From assembly GCA_965263355.1 (NCBI GenBank), contig CBDHHL010000039.1:18821-82820 (forward strand): a DNA stretch of 64,000 bases, in the 5' to 3' direction. The stretch comes from Leptolyngbyaceae cyanobacterium. Its GTDB lineage: Bacteria > Cyanobacteriota > Cyanobacteriia > Phormidesmidales > Phormidesmidaceae. A program made the translations under genes and the position numbers. Below, one piece after another: positions 56,392 through 64,000 of the stretch (within the stretch, counting starts at the first letter, position 1; every line of letters starts with the position of its first letter). A model generated the notes under the pieces. The model was not told the DNA's origin. It did not search any database and worked only from the letters and a program-made list of their open reading frames with translations.

Positions 56392-56775
56392 TTAGTCCAG
56401 ATAATGGCTCGGATACACAGGGGGCTGTCTTGTATCAATTAACAGGTCATGCAGACGGAAAAAGATTCTAGGGTCCGTTGGCGTTTGCCATAACTGATAG
56501 ATATCTGGCCCAGACCCTAGCCCCAACTGAATATTTTGGGTCCGATAAGCCGTCTGCATAAAGACTTTGAAAATTATGCCCGTTGCATTAATGGGATTAT
56601 CTAATAAAAGTTCAATATAATTGCTATTCCCATTGGTCGCAGTGCCCGCGATGCGAGCCCCATCATTCGAAACATCAAAACCCGTCGTCACTAAATCAGT
56701 CCTGATCGTATTGGCCAGGGTGCGACCCGTGAACGTGGGATAGAACTGGGTTAGGCTTAGGCTTGGTGCGACCAT
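56392..56775 (-). CDS. Hypothetical protein, possibly virion-associated
   Basis: ORF; Thr/Gly/Asn rich. Confidence 0.5.
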   Translation of the reverse strand: MVAPSLSLTQFYPTFTGRTLANTIRTDLVTTGFDVSNDGARIAGTATNGNSNYIELLLDNPINATGIIFKVFMQTAYRTQNIQLGLGSGPDIYQLWQTPTDPRIFFRLHDLLIDTRQPPVYPSHYLD

Positions 56776-56933
56776 GAGCTGTTAGGGTGATGACAGCATT
56801 GTATCAATTAGTCAATACTGACAGCAATAGACCAAGGATTTCAGCTGCGGTCATTTTTGGCAAAAGAAATTACTGACAAAAACTTTTCCAGGTAGTCATG
56901 TCCAATGTACGGATGAATGACAGGGGGTTGCAT

Positions 56934-56988
56934 TGTGACAAAGGGTGAGGGTATATTAGAAGAGTAGTTGAGAGAGAAAAAGATTATG
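56934..56988 (+). repeat. Duplicated promoter-to-start-codon block, copy 1
   Basis: Nearly identical to 57953..58006; contains TATATT -10. Confidence 0.85.
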
Positions 56989-57360
56989 CAAAAGGTATTT
57001 ATTTTTGACAAGTCGGGTTATGTGGACTTAGATGAATGTGTAGATGGTGTTTATACCGTATTCATGGAAGATCATACGATCTACTATGCGCAACTAGATG
57101 AAATTATCGTGGCGTCCAACGAGCAAAAAACGTTAGACATTAAACTAAATGATCAAGTTTTTGCGGTTGCTGTGGGCACGATAAACCAGTCTGATAGCAA
57201 AATAGCGAGTCAGCTAGCTAATCAGTGCCACGAAAAAGGATTTTCAAAAAAAGTTAAAAACTTTTTGGGTGAGTTTGGTGTTGCGCCCCCTAGATGGAAC
57301 AAACAACAATCTTTGGTCGCAATTACAGATTTTTCCAAAGAGGCGATTCATGGAATCTAA
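56986..57360 (+). CDS. Hypothetical protein
   Basis: Starts at the duplicated leader. Confidence 0.7.
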   Translation: MQKVFIFDKSGYVDLDECVDGVYTVFMEDHTIYYAQLDEIIVASNEQKTLDIKLNDQVFAVAVGTINQSDSKIASQLANQCHEKGFSKKVKNFLGEFGVAPPRWNKQQSLVAITDFSKEAIHGI

Positions 57361-57790
57361 TGTTGATGAACAACTGTTAACGCTTGAACGTGTTTTATGT
57401 TCAGGCGCTGACAGGTTTAATCACTACAAACAGCAGCTTAATGATTACAACAGGCTTAGACAATTATTTCAGTTAACAAGTAGAGAAAAGTTAGTCCTCT
57501 TAAAAGAGGCGCTGAGTAGTAGTCTTGTTATCCCTGAACAACCTTGCGTAAAAAGATCTCTAGGGCGATTAAATCACTTGGCGCTTCTTTCACTTGAAGA
57601 AAAAGGCGTGTTAGTGCCTTTCTCGATCTCAAGTTATGACGTTAAGGACAAGCAACGATGCTTAATGATAAGACCATCTGATTACGAAAGCAGAGAAGAT
57701 TATAAAATATGGAAACAATTGAAGCAAGACAAAAAGTTAACCCACAGTGCCCACATTGTAAGGGAAAGACACAAAAGAACAAACTTCTGA
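57350..57790 (+). CDS. Hypothetical protein
   Basis: GAGG RBS; overlaps the upstream gene. Confidence 0.6.
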   Translation: MESNVDEQLLTLERVLCSGADRFNHYKQQLNDYNRLRQLFQLTSREKLVLLKEALSSSLVIPEQPCVKRSLGRLNHLALLSLEEKGVLVPFSISSYDVKDKQRCLMIRPSDYESREDYKIWKQLKQDKKLTHSAHIVRERHKRTNF

Positions 57791-57939
57791 AGTCAGGCAG
57801 ACAGCAATATAAATGCACCGCCTGCAAGCGCTGTCATACCCCAGGGAAAACCGTAGGTGGTAGGCCCCCAGTCGATGACCCGTCAGCAGCAACGCTTAGA
57901 AAGCGGAAAAGTAGGGCAGCAAAACGTACGGATGAATGA
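57709..57939 (+). CDS. Zinc-ribbon protein (InsA-like finger, GRP motif)
   Basis: CPHC..SGRQQYKCTAC. Confidence 0.6.
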   Translation: METIEARQKVNPQCPHCKGKTQKNKLLKSGRQQYKCTACKRCHTPGKTVGGRPPVDDPSAATLRKRKSRAAKRTDE

Positions 57940-57952
57940 CACTCCCTAGACA

Positions 57953-58006
57953 TGTGACAAAGGGTGAGGGTATATTAGAAGAGTAGCGAGAGAGAAAAAG
58001 ATTATG
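57953..58006 (+). repeat. Duplicated promoter-to-start-codon block, copy 2
   Basis: See 56934..56988. Confidence 0.85.
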
Positions 58007-58264
58007 TTAACTGGCAACTATTGCATTGACAAAGCCGCTAAAAACGTTCTAGAGGAACAAGTAAAAGCAGCTAGCAAAAAACTTAACGAATATCCAAGAG
58101 AAGCCAATGGGTTAACACCTGCATCTACAAAGGCCATGGTCGGCTGGCAGGAAGCTAAAATCGCTTATGGCAATGCATTTAACTCTCTTCGTAAGTTTAA
58201 CGGGGTATTTTGTAAGCGATATAAAAAAGAAATTCGCGCTGAACGTAAAGTTAAGGCAGCATAA
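58004..58264 (+). CDS. Hypothetical phage protein
   Basis: NGLTP...K....W..AK..Y..AF..LR.FN pattern; own promoter and terminator. Confidence 0.75.
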   Translation: MLTGNYCIDKAAKNVLEEQVKAASKKLNEYPREANGLTPASTKAMVGWQEAKIAYGNAFNSLRKFNGVFCKRYKKEIRAERKVKAA

Positions 58265-58312
58265 AACAAAAAACCTCGCTAACCTTTTCTTGATTAGCGA
58301 GGTTTTTTGTTT
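58263..58312. terminator. Bidirectional terminator
   Basis: AAACAAAAAACCTCGCTAA...TTAGCGAGGTTTTTTGTTT between convergent genes. Confidence 0.85.
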
Positions 58313-58326
58313 TATGGCGCTAAGCT

Positions 58327-58815
58327 CTAAAGCTTAAACTGCTCTAACACGCCCGAATCAATTTGTTCTTCTGACAAGCCCATATTAAGCAAAACTTGCC
58401 TTGGAAGATTGCTTAAGTCTTGCGTCCGCTCGATTTCTATCCACGGGTTTTCTTCATCTGGCAATGGGGCATAGCTAAACTTAAACGTATAGACTGCATT
58501 GTATGCGTGAGTAGGGATAGCAGGAATATATTCTGCATAGTCATCATTGACCATAGGAATATCAGGAATATATTCTTCATACTCATCATCAATTAGCCAT
58601 GGCCCCAAACGTTGATGAGTAGGCGCGCCGGGGAACCTAGGATCTACGCTGTCAGGGTCTATTTTCTTTTCAGTCCCCATGCGTTCTTGATCGTTAATCT
58701 TTGCCCTGCCACTGTAATCGACTAAAACACAAGTCATGTCTTGAGCTTCATCGTAAAGCTCGTCAGGGATTCGATCCATGTCAGGGATGCAAACAATTAA
58801 ATCTGGCTTATTCAT
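58327..58815 (-). CDS. Acidic hypothetical protein with a short internal repeat
   Basis: DDEYEEYIPDIP / DDYAEYIPAIP. Confidence 0.65.
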   Translation of the reverse strand: MNKPDLIVCIPDMDRIPDELYDEAQDMTCVLVDYSGRAKINDQERMGTEKKIDPDSVDPRFPGAPTHQRLGPWLIDDEYEEYIPDIPMVNDDYAEYIPAIPTHAYNAVYTFKFSYAPLPDEENPWIEIERTQDLSNLPRQVLLNMGLSEEQIDSGVLEQFKL

Positions 58816-58820
58816 GACAA

Positions 58821-59240
58821 TTACTCCTCCTCTTCGAATATGCGTGTTTTGAGCATCTGTGCTATAGCATTGCGTTTTTCGAATTCATCTGTAGGGAATG
58901 TCCCATTGATATATTCAGTTAGCTTTGAATACCTTGGCATTTTCTCAAGACCTTGAGGTTTACGGGCAAAAATCCATTGTGCATGTTGTTGTGCTTTGGC
59001 ATATTCGCCATCACTGGCTAGCTGATAAATTGCATCCATGCAGGCATCAAACCAGCCGTAATGCCCCCAATAAGTCTCTTCTGCATTCAGCATTTCTAGC
59101 GCTACAGATTCAGGCAATTCAAATGAGCTAAAGTCTGTTGCTTGTTGTTTTGATTCATCGCCTGAAATATAGGCGTCGAGGTCTGGCATCGGCTGGTTTA
59201 CGCCTTTATAAGCAGCATCAAATTTAGTGATTAAGTTCAT
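58821..59240 (-). CDS. Hypothetical protein
   Basis: ORF. Confidence 0.65.
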   Translation of the reverse strand: MNLITKFDAAYKGVNQPMPDLDAYISGDESKQQATDFSSFELPESVALEMLNAEETYWGHYGWFDACMDAIYQLASDGEYAKAQQHAQWIFARKPQGLEKMPRYSKLTEYINGTFPTDEFEKRNAIAQMLKTRIFEEEE

Positions 59241-59243
59241 TTT

Positions 59244-59588
59244 TCAATTCCAAAACTTACGAACAATATCGCGGGTTTGTCGTGCGTTCAATCCTCTCCC
59301 TGAATCAAGCTCCTCGTACTCTATGCCTTTTATGCTTAGATAGTAGCTGTTCAATGCTTCGCGAACTTGATCTACACTAGCGATTTGCCAAATAACAGCA
59401 GCGTTATAGCCAGTTGCAACTTGGATTAGCTTGGCTGCCCACCCGCGAGAAACGCCACGATTTTCAATGAATTTGAAGAAAACCGATCCCTGTTCTCGAC
59501 AGTTTTGGCGTATGGCATTCTCGCTAGCTTCACTCAACCATTCGTCAAACTCAAAAACTAAATGCTGTATTCTGTCTAAATTGGTCAT
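59244..59588 (-). CDS. Hypothetical protein
   Basis: ORF with GGAG RBS. Confidence 0.65.
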   Translation of the reverse strand: MTNLDRIQHLVFEFDEWLSEASENAIRQNCREQGSVFFKFIENRGVSRGWAAKLIQVATGYNAAVIWQIASVDQVREALNSYYLSIKGIEYEELDSGRGLNARQTRDIVRKFWN

Positions 59589-59590
59589 GA

Positions 59591-59761
59591 CTAAGCGGTC
59601 TCCAATGTTTCAGAATCGCTCTTTAGCACATCCAGAATTGAGCGATACCAAAAGAGTTGGTCTTTATCTGACCTGCTATTGGTTGAGACTGGCTTGCGAT
59701 CGCTGTAAGGTTTACCTTTCTCGGTGGCAGACCATTTGTTGTCAATCTTTTCTTGATAGCC
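59591..59761 (-). pseudogene. C-terminal remnant of an antirepressor-like gene
   Basis: GYQEKIDNKWSATEKGKPY...QLFWYRSILDVL; begins exactly at the IS607 right end. Confidence 0.6.
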
Positions 59762-59866
59762 GCTTCTAAATAACTAGACAAATGTGGTCAAGTATTACCA
59801 TATCTACCTAGCCAGAAAATCCACGGTGTATTTTCAGAAAACCTACTCCTAGTGCTTTCGCTTGCG

Positions 59867-61273
59867 TCAGCAGCTGTGTAACTTACTGCGCTTGTCCAGG
59901 AATTCCCAGTTAGAGATAGAGTAAAAGGTATGTCGCCTTACTCGTTTGGTTTTCAGTTGTTTATTCAGTTGTGACCAGTGGCTCCAGATGTGCTTTCCAG
60001 AGTTCACCTCTAGATAGGCATTTATGGAGCTTGGGAGTCTTTCGGATAGCCTCATAGCACGTCTAGCAATTGCTAGCGCTGCTGACTCATCAGAGGCTAA
60101 ACCATATTGTTTAGAGTACTTAACCAGACCTATAACTGAGGTATAAGCTGGGTTTACTCGTAGAACTCGGATACCACGGTTTTGACAAATACTATCTAGC
60201 AACTCATTAAACCGACTATAAGCCCACCCTGACAGCATCCGAGCATACTTTTTACCTTGTTCCTTGAGTGATGTTTTCTTATTACTAAAGTCTAATTTCT
60301 CAGCAACGATAGGGCATTTATAAGTTTTAGCTAGGGTGACAAGTTGCATAACTGCATCAACAATCTGAGCATCCTGTTTACCTGTGGGTAAACCCATTTG
60401 TAAGGGGATCTGGCCATGAGCTTTTAGGTTTCCATCAGTATCGGCATAAGCCCACCCTATAGAGCCTGGGTTGAGGTCAATACCGATGCACCCATACATT
60501 GAGTGCTTAGAGACCCTTTTAACAGCGCTAGGGGTGAACTGAACAGCTGCTACCCACTTGCCATCCTTACGGTAAAAATGCCAAGTCTTAGCACCATCTG
60601 AGGGTATCCGGTTAATGTTGCGCTTAAACCCACCTAGCTTAGTTTCAACATGTTTACCAAATTTAGATTCTAGGCAATAGGGAACACGAAATTTAATTGT
60701 GTTGCCAGCCCACTGAACTGTTTGGTTACCATAGCTTTCATCCTTAGAGCCCACTACAAAGCATTGAGACCGGGGAACAGTAACTTGAATAGCTTTAGCC
60801 TTAAGGTGCTTAACCTGGGTTTCTAAAACGGCTATACGTCGCTTTTTATGGTGGATAGCAAACCGTAGGTCTTGTAACCGGGTTCTACGGGTATGTAGGT
60901 TACAGGCTGAGTAAAAGTCTTTGCGTTTAATTCGTTTAAGTGACTTTTTCACCCACTGCTTAGCAGATTTAAGCTTGCCCTCAAGCTGCTTTATATGAAG
61001 TTTACGGCACTCTTTCGCACTGTCTACACTACCCTTTGCACTGGATATAACCCCATTAGCATGACGCTTAGAAATGCCATAGGTTTGCTGTAGGTGGGTA
61101 TTCCATTTTGATTTATTGAAACTACCTGATAGCAACTGAGTAACAGTTTCACAAACAGCTTTATGAAATATAGGTGCATAGGCTGTTAGAAACATTTCAA
61201 ACTCAGTAAAGCCAATAGCATTTAGCTCATCAGCTGGAGTAGGTAAACCTTTGCAATAGGTTAGTGTAGGCAT
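59867..61273 (-). CDS. tnpB: IS607-associated TnpB
   Basis: RuvC GIDLN / VAEKLDF / NPAYTS / SDESAA..IARR. Confidence 0.9.
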   Translation of the reverse strand: MPTLTYCKGLPTPADELNAIGFTEFEMFLTAYAPIFHKAVCETVTQLLSGSFNKSKWNTHLQQTYGISKRHANGVISSAKGSVDSAKECRKLHIKQLEGKLKSAKQWVKKSLKRIKRKDFYSACNLHTRRTRLQDLRFAIHHKKRRIAVLETQVKHLKAKAIQVTVPRSQCFVVGSKDESYGNQTVQWAGNTIKFRVPYCLESKFGKHVETKLGGFKRNINRIPSDGAKTWHFYRKDGKWVAAVQFTPSAVKRVSKHSMYGCIGIDLNPGSIGWAYADTDGNLKAHGQIPLQMGLPTGKQDAQIVDAVMQLVTLAKTYKCPIVAEKLDFSNKKTSLKEQGKKYARMLSGWAYSRFNELLDSICQNRGIRVLRVNPAYTSVIGLVKYSKQYGLASDESAALAIARRAMRLSERLPSSINAYLEVNSGKHIWSHWSQLNKQLKTKRVRRHTFYSISNWEFLDKRSKLHSC

Positions 61274-61343
61274 CGTATCGACCTGCAAACGACATAATTA
61301 AAATATACCCATATCTGCCCAAACTGTCTATAAGCATAATGGC

Positions 61344-61967
61344 CTATTCTTGGGTAGCTTTGACCACAGACTCAACTATCTTTTTATTCTTGTGAGACCT
61401 TGACCCGTAAAGCTTTGCGCTAAAAACCGTGATTAATTCGATCATGTCAGCTACTAACTCAGACTCAAAATCACGTTCTTTGGGTGACTTATTAACTATG
61501 ACAACCTCAACATTAAACTCATCACACATCATGAATATGAGTTCAGCGCCAAACCTTAGAAGCCTGTCTTTATGGGTAATAACAAGGCGCTCAACTTCAC
61601 CACTGAGTATCATTTTGACTAATTTCTTTAGTCCTTGTTTCCTGTAATTCAGTCCTGAGCCTAAGTCCTGAATTGTGAGGTATTGCCAACCGTGAGAGTT
61701 ACTGAACTCCTCTAATCGGGCTACCTGGCGTTCTAAGTCTTTTTTCTGGTCATGGCTTGATACTCGACCATAGTTAACTGTTATGCGGTCAGCATCAAAG
61801 GTCTTGGATTTAGCTTGAAGCTGGGAACGGTAAAAGCGCCTATGGCCACTAGGGGTACGTTCAAAAGGGATTTTACCTTTGTCGGCGTATCTCCTAACAG
61901 TCTTGACGCTAACACCCAGTATTTCGGCTGCTTCGCCAATACTGATAGGCATTTCTTCAGATGTCAT
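61344..61967 (-). CDS. tnpA: IS607 serine transposase with N-terminal MerR-like HTH
   Basis: IGEAAEILGVS..TVRR, YGRVSS.DQK.DL.RQ, GSGLN and DRL.RFG. Confidence 0.95.
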   Translation of the reverse strand: MTSEEMPISIGEAAEILGVSVKTVRRYADKGKIPFERTPSGHRRFYRSQLQAKSKTFDADRITVNYGRVSSHDQKKDLERQVARLEEFSNSHGWQYLTIQDLGSGLNYRKQGLKKLVKMILSGEVERLVITHKDRLLRFGAELIFMMCDEFNVEVVIVNKSPKERDFESELVADMIELITVFSAKLYGSRSHKNKKIVESVVKATQE

Positions 61968-62020
61968 AAAACTACCCTACTGACTACATACTGATTATGT
62001 GGACAGTCGGATAGTTTTGT

Positions 62021-63193
62021 CTAGTTATGGGTAGAAATTACCGAACAGTTAACCACCCCGTAAGGATCCCCTCGCCTGAAAACAATATTCCCTATCGAGA
62101 GATCGGTTTCCGCACGGTCGTACTCTACGTCTATGTGACCGTTGTTATAGATCACCGATAGATACGGAGTGCTAGGATCTGCAGTAAGATCCTGAAAGTC
62201 ACTAAAGAGATAGGGATTGTTAGCCGATAGAAACGCCTTATAGGTAAACAAGACATGGGTAGCTAGAGACAGGTCAACCGCCGTCCCATTGCCCATGCTG
62301 ATAGGTGACTCAGTCCCTGATTTGCCCAGAGTCACATTTCCGGTCCACTGAAAAAACGATGTTAGGCCTTGGAAGCTGAGGTTGCTTGATGGCTCTTCAG
62401 CGCCCGCCGACTCTCTAACCCAGCCTGTACCATCGTTGTATAACTTCAGCCCTTGAGATTCAGTCAAGCTTGCGTTTGTGTAAAGCGTTCCGTCGACAGT
62501 GACAGCGCTGTTTGGAGGAATGATCGCATCAACTTTTTTAGCTGTATTTATATTTGTTGTTAGCGTATAAGTCCCACCAGCTGACAGATAACCAATAGAG
62601 GCATAGCCCAGCGTTGCACCGTCCAGCTGCTGAGTGATCTCTTTTCCGTCGTCCTCGGTAACAAACGTGTTCCAATCTGCCGCCACAAAAGGCCCCGGTG
62701 GATCAAGACTCGCCTTATTTGCTGTGTAAAGCGTGCCTCCTTGAAAAACCTGAGTACCCGCGAGATAGCCACCCACTAGCGCTGGATCATATCCGCTAGG
62801 AATCTCTGGCAAAAGTGCCGCCAGTTTGTCCTCTTGGGCATCAGGAACCTCGTTTGCAGTAAACGCGTCAGAATGCCATCTGTTATCCTCTGTACTCCAG
62901 CTCGCAAATGTTCGGGTAGTGACGCTTTCATTATTTACAACATAACGCCTCTGTCCGTCTGTAGTTGGGTCTGCTTCAATTGTCCAGATCGTTCCATTAC
63001 TGCTGACTACATAATCTCGATCTGTTGCTGCAATTATCAGCGTATTGCCGTTATTGGCTGTCGCTGGATAGGTAGCAGATATCGCAGCGATCGCAGCAGC
63101 GCTACCCGTGGCTGCAACCGCCGTGCGATCTTGTACGATGGTTGCGAGTGTATCCGTGGATGAGGTTGGGGTTTGTCGTCTGATGACAGGCAT
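62021..63193 (-). CDS. Putative virion/tail-fibre protein; C-terminus cut by IS607
   Basis: Thr/Ala/Gly rich; Y..G..V...G.LY.A...W module; stop codon lies inside the IS left end. Confidence 0.55.
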   Translation of the reverse strand: MPVIRRQTPTSSTDTLATIVQDRTAVAATGSAAAIAAISATYPATANNGNTLIIAATDRDYVVSSNGTIWTIEADPTTDGQRRYVVNNESVTTRTFASWSTEDNRWHSDAFTANEVPDAQEDKLAALLPEIPSGYDPALVGGYLAGTQVFQGGTLYTANKASLDPPGPFVAADWNTFVTEDDGKEITQQLDGATLGYASIGYLSAGGTYTLTTNINTAKKVDAIIPPNSAVTVDGTLYTNASLTESQGLKLYNDGTGWVRESAGAEEPSSNLSFQGLTSFFQWTGNVTLGKSGTESPISMGNGTAVDLSLATHVLFTYKAFLSANNPYLFSDFQDLTADPSTPYLSVIYNNGHIDVEYDRAETDLSIGNIVFRRGDPYGVVNCSVISTHN

Positions 63194-63227
63194 TGTTTTT
63201 GTGAAGTAAAAGCAGCTTTACGTAGTC

Positions 63228-64000
63228 TCAAACCCATTTCCAGGCCAGATAGTTTTCGATACTTTCTACCTGGGAAAGATCACTAGTGATAATCATCTCG
63301 CTAAGCTCGACTGTTGTGTATCGTTGATTAAATTGGCCAATAGCAAACGTCCCAGTATCGGTCAATGCAGTGCTATAAGTTCTTGATGCCACTGTTATGC
63401 CGTTAATACGGTTGCTAACCGTATTAACGGCAAAATCGAATACTTGGCTGTAAACTCCAACCTTGTCTATTAGGTTGGAACCATCTGCGGGGACTTCTGC
63501 GAAATTGCCGCCTGCATTGCTAGTCAAAAAGCCCAAAAACCTTGTCGGATCTCCAGACCTTAACTCAAACGTGTTTGTAGACCCTCCTGTAAACGAGTAC
63601 ACCCCTGAGCCTGTAAACGGCCCCAAAAATCCTCTAACCACATATCTGCTAATTATTGCAAAAGTAGCAGGGAAGCTGAAAGAAGTGTTCTCTAGTGTTT
63701 GTTCAGAAATATGGTCAAAGTCAAGCCTATTTAAGACGATTCCTGGGTCTACAGTTGAGACGGGCTGCTGTGATTGTGTCGCAAACGACATATGGTTGCT
63801 ATTCCCAGACTTATCGGCTAGCTGGCTTACGGAATTGCCTGTGCTTGTAGTGATAGTTGTGACATCCGAAGGGTCGTACCAAGCAATTGTGTTGACATCT
63901 GGTTGAAATACTCCTAACACAAAATTTGCTTGGCCTGTAACAGCAATACTTCTTATCTCAGTTCCGACAGAACTGAAGCTTAAGCCAATTTCTTTATTGA
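63228..64000 (-). CDS. Putative virion protein with ConA/LamG-like domain, 5' part outside window
   Basis: AWYD.SD..TI....VSQ..DKSGN and IENYLA.KW; frame open to 64000. Confidence 0.65.
   Translation of the reverse strand, partial: NKEIGLSFSSVGTEIRSIAVTGQANFVLGVFQPDVNTIAWYDPSDVTTITTSTGNSVSQLADKSGNSNHMSFATQSQQPVSTVDPGIVLNRLDFDHISEQTLENTSFSFPATFAIISRYVVRGFLGPFTGSGVYSFTGGSTNTFELRSGDPTRFLGFLTSNAGGNFAEVPADGSNLIDKVGVYSQVFDFAVNTVSNRINGITVASRTYSTALTDTGTFAIGQFNQRYTTVELSEMIITSDLSQVESIENYLAWKWV

Larger units (their letters stand above)
59760..62040 (-). mobile_element. IS607-family element (serine TnpA + TnpB)
   Basis: tnpA-tnpB pair; GG junctions at 62041-62042 and 59760-59761; ATAACTAGACAAA inverted near both ends. 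Confidence 0.85.
1..64000. mobile_element. Temperate siphovirus-like cyanophage/prophage genome segment (ends outside window)
   Basis: Tail module, primase-helicase, helicase, serine integrase, endolysins and many small ORFs; frequent GCGATCGC (HIP1); no host core genes. Confidence 0.9.

Noticed and set aside
56245..56420. Possible frameshifted continuation of gene 56392..56775 (LKETEVEMIEIVYQG...)
   Set aside because: No clear slippery site and no homology evidence available
57709..57939. IS1 element
   Set aside because: Only the zinc finger is present; no InsB frame or terminal inverted repeats
59867..61273. Type V CRISPR effector
   Set aside because: Linked to an IS607 serine transposase with no array; ordinary TnpB context
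1..64000. CRISPR array or tRNA genes
   Set aside because: No run of three or more equal repeats with unique spacers, and no cloverleaf with T-loop/CCA recognised

Overview
The whole 64 kb reads as part of one temperate, long-tailed (siphovirus-like) phage of a cyanobacterium. The HIP1 octamer GCGATCGC is frequent and no host housekeeping genes are seen. Left to right: (1) 0-5 kb, an early region with a divergent repressor-like gene, repeated terminator+sigma70 promoter cassettes, a ~390-nt highly structured non-coding transcript and two pseudoknot-like leaders. (2) 5-17 kb, a tail module: tube, chaperones with a -1 frameshift, tape measure, distal tail/hub and fibre. (3) An IS605 element next to a 5'-truncated O-antigen-ligase-like gene. 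(4) 23.8-28 kb, an ATPase/membrane-protein block. (5) 32-44 kb, replication genes: 5'-3' exonuclease, a Pol-gamma-like protein with intact exonuclease motifs but a degenerate polymerase domain, KilA-N, RecD-like helicase, probable origin, primase-helicase and Dam-like MTase. (6) A large serine integrase. (7) A lysis region with a class 3 lipase and two endolysins. (8) FHA, MTase, SLOG and HAD genes. (9) An IS607 element with non-matching flanks, then virion-protein genes running off the right end. A 240-bp IS607-derived mini element interrupts a gene at 31.9-32.1 kb. No capsid, portal, terminase, tRNA or CRISPR array was recognised. All product calls come from motif recognition by eye, not database searches.
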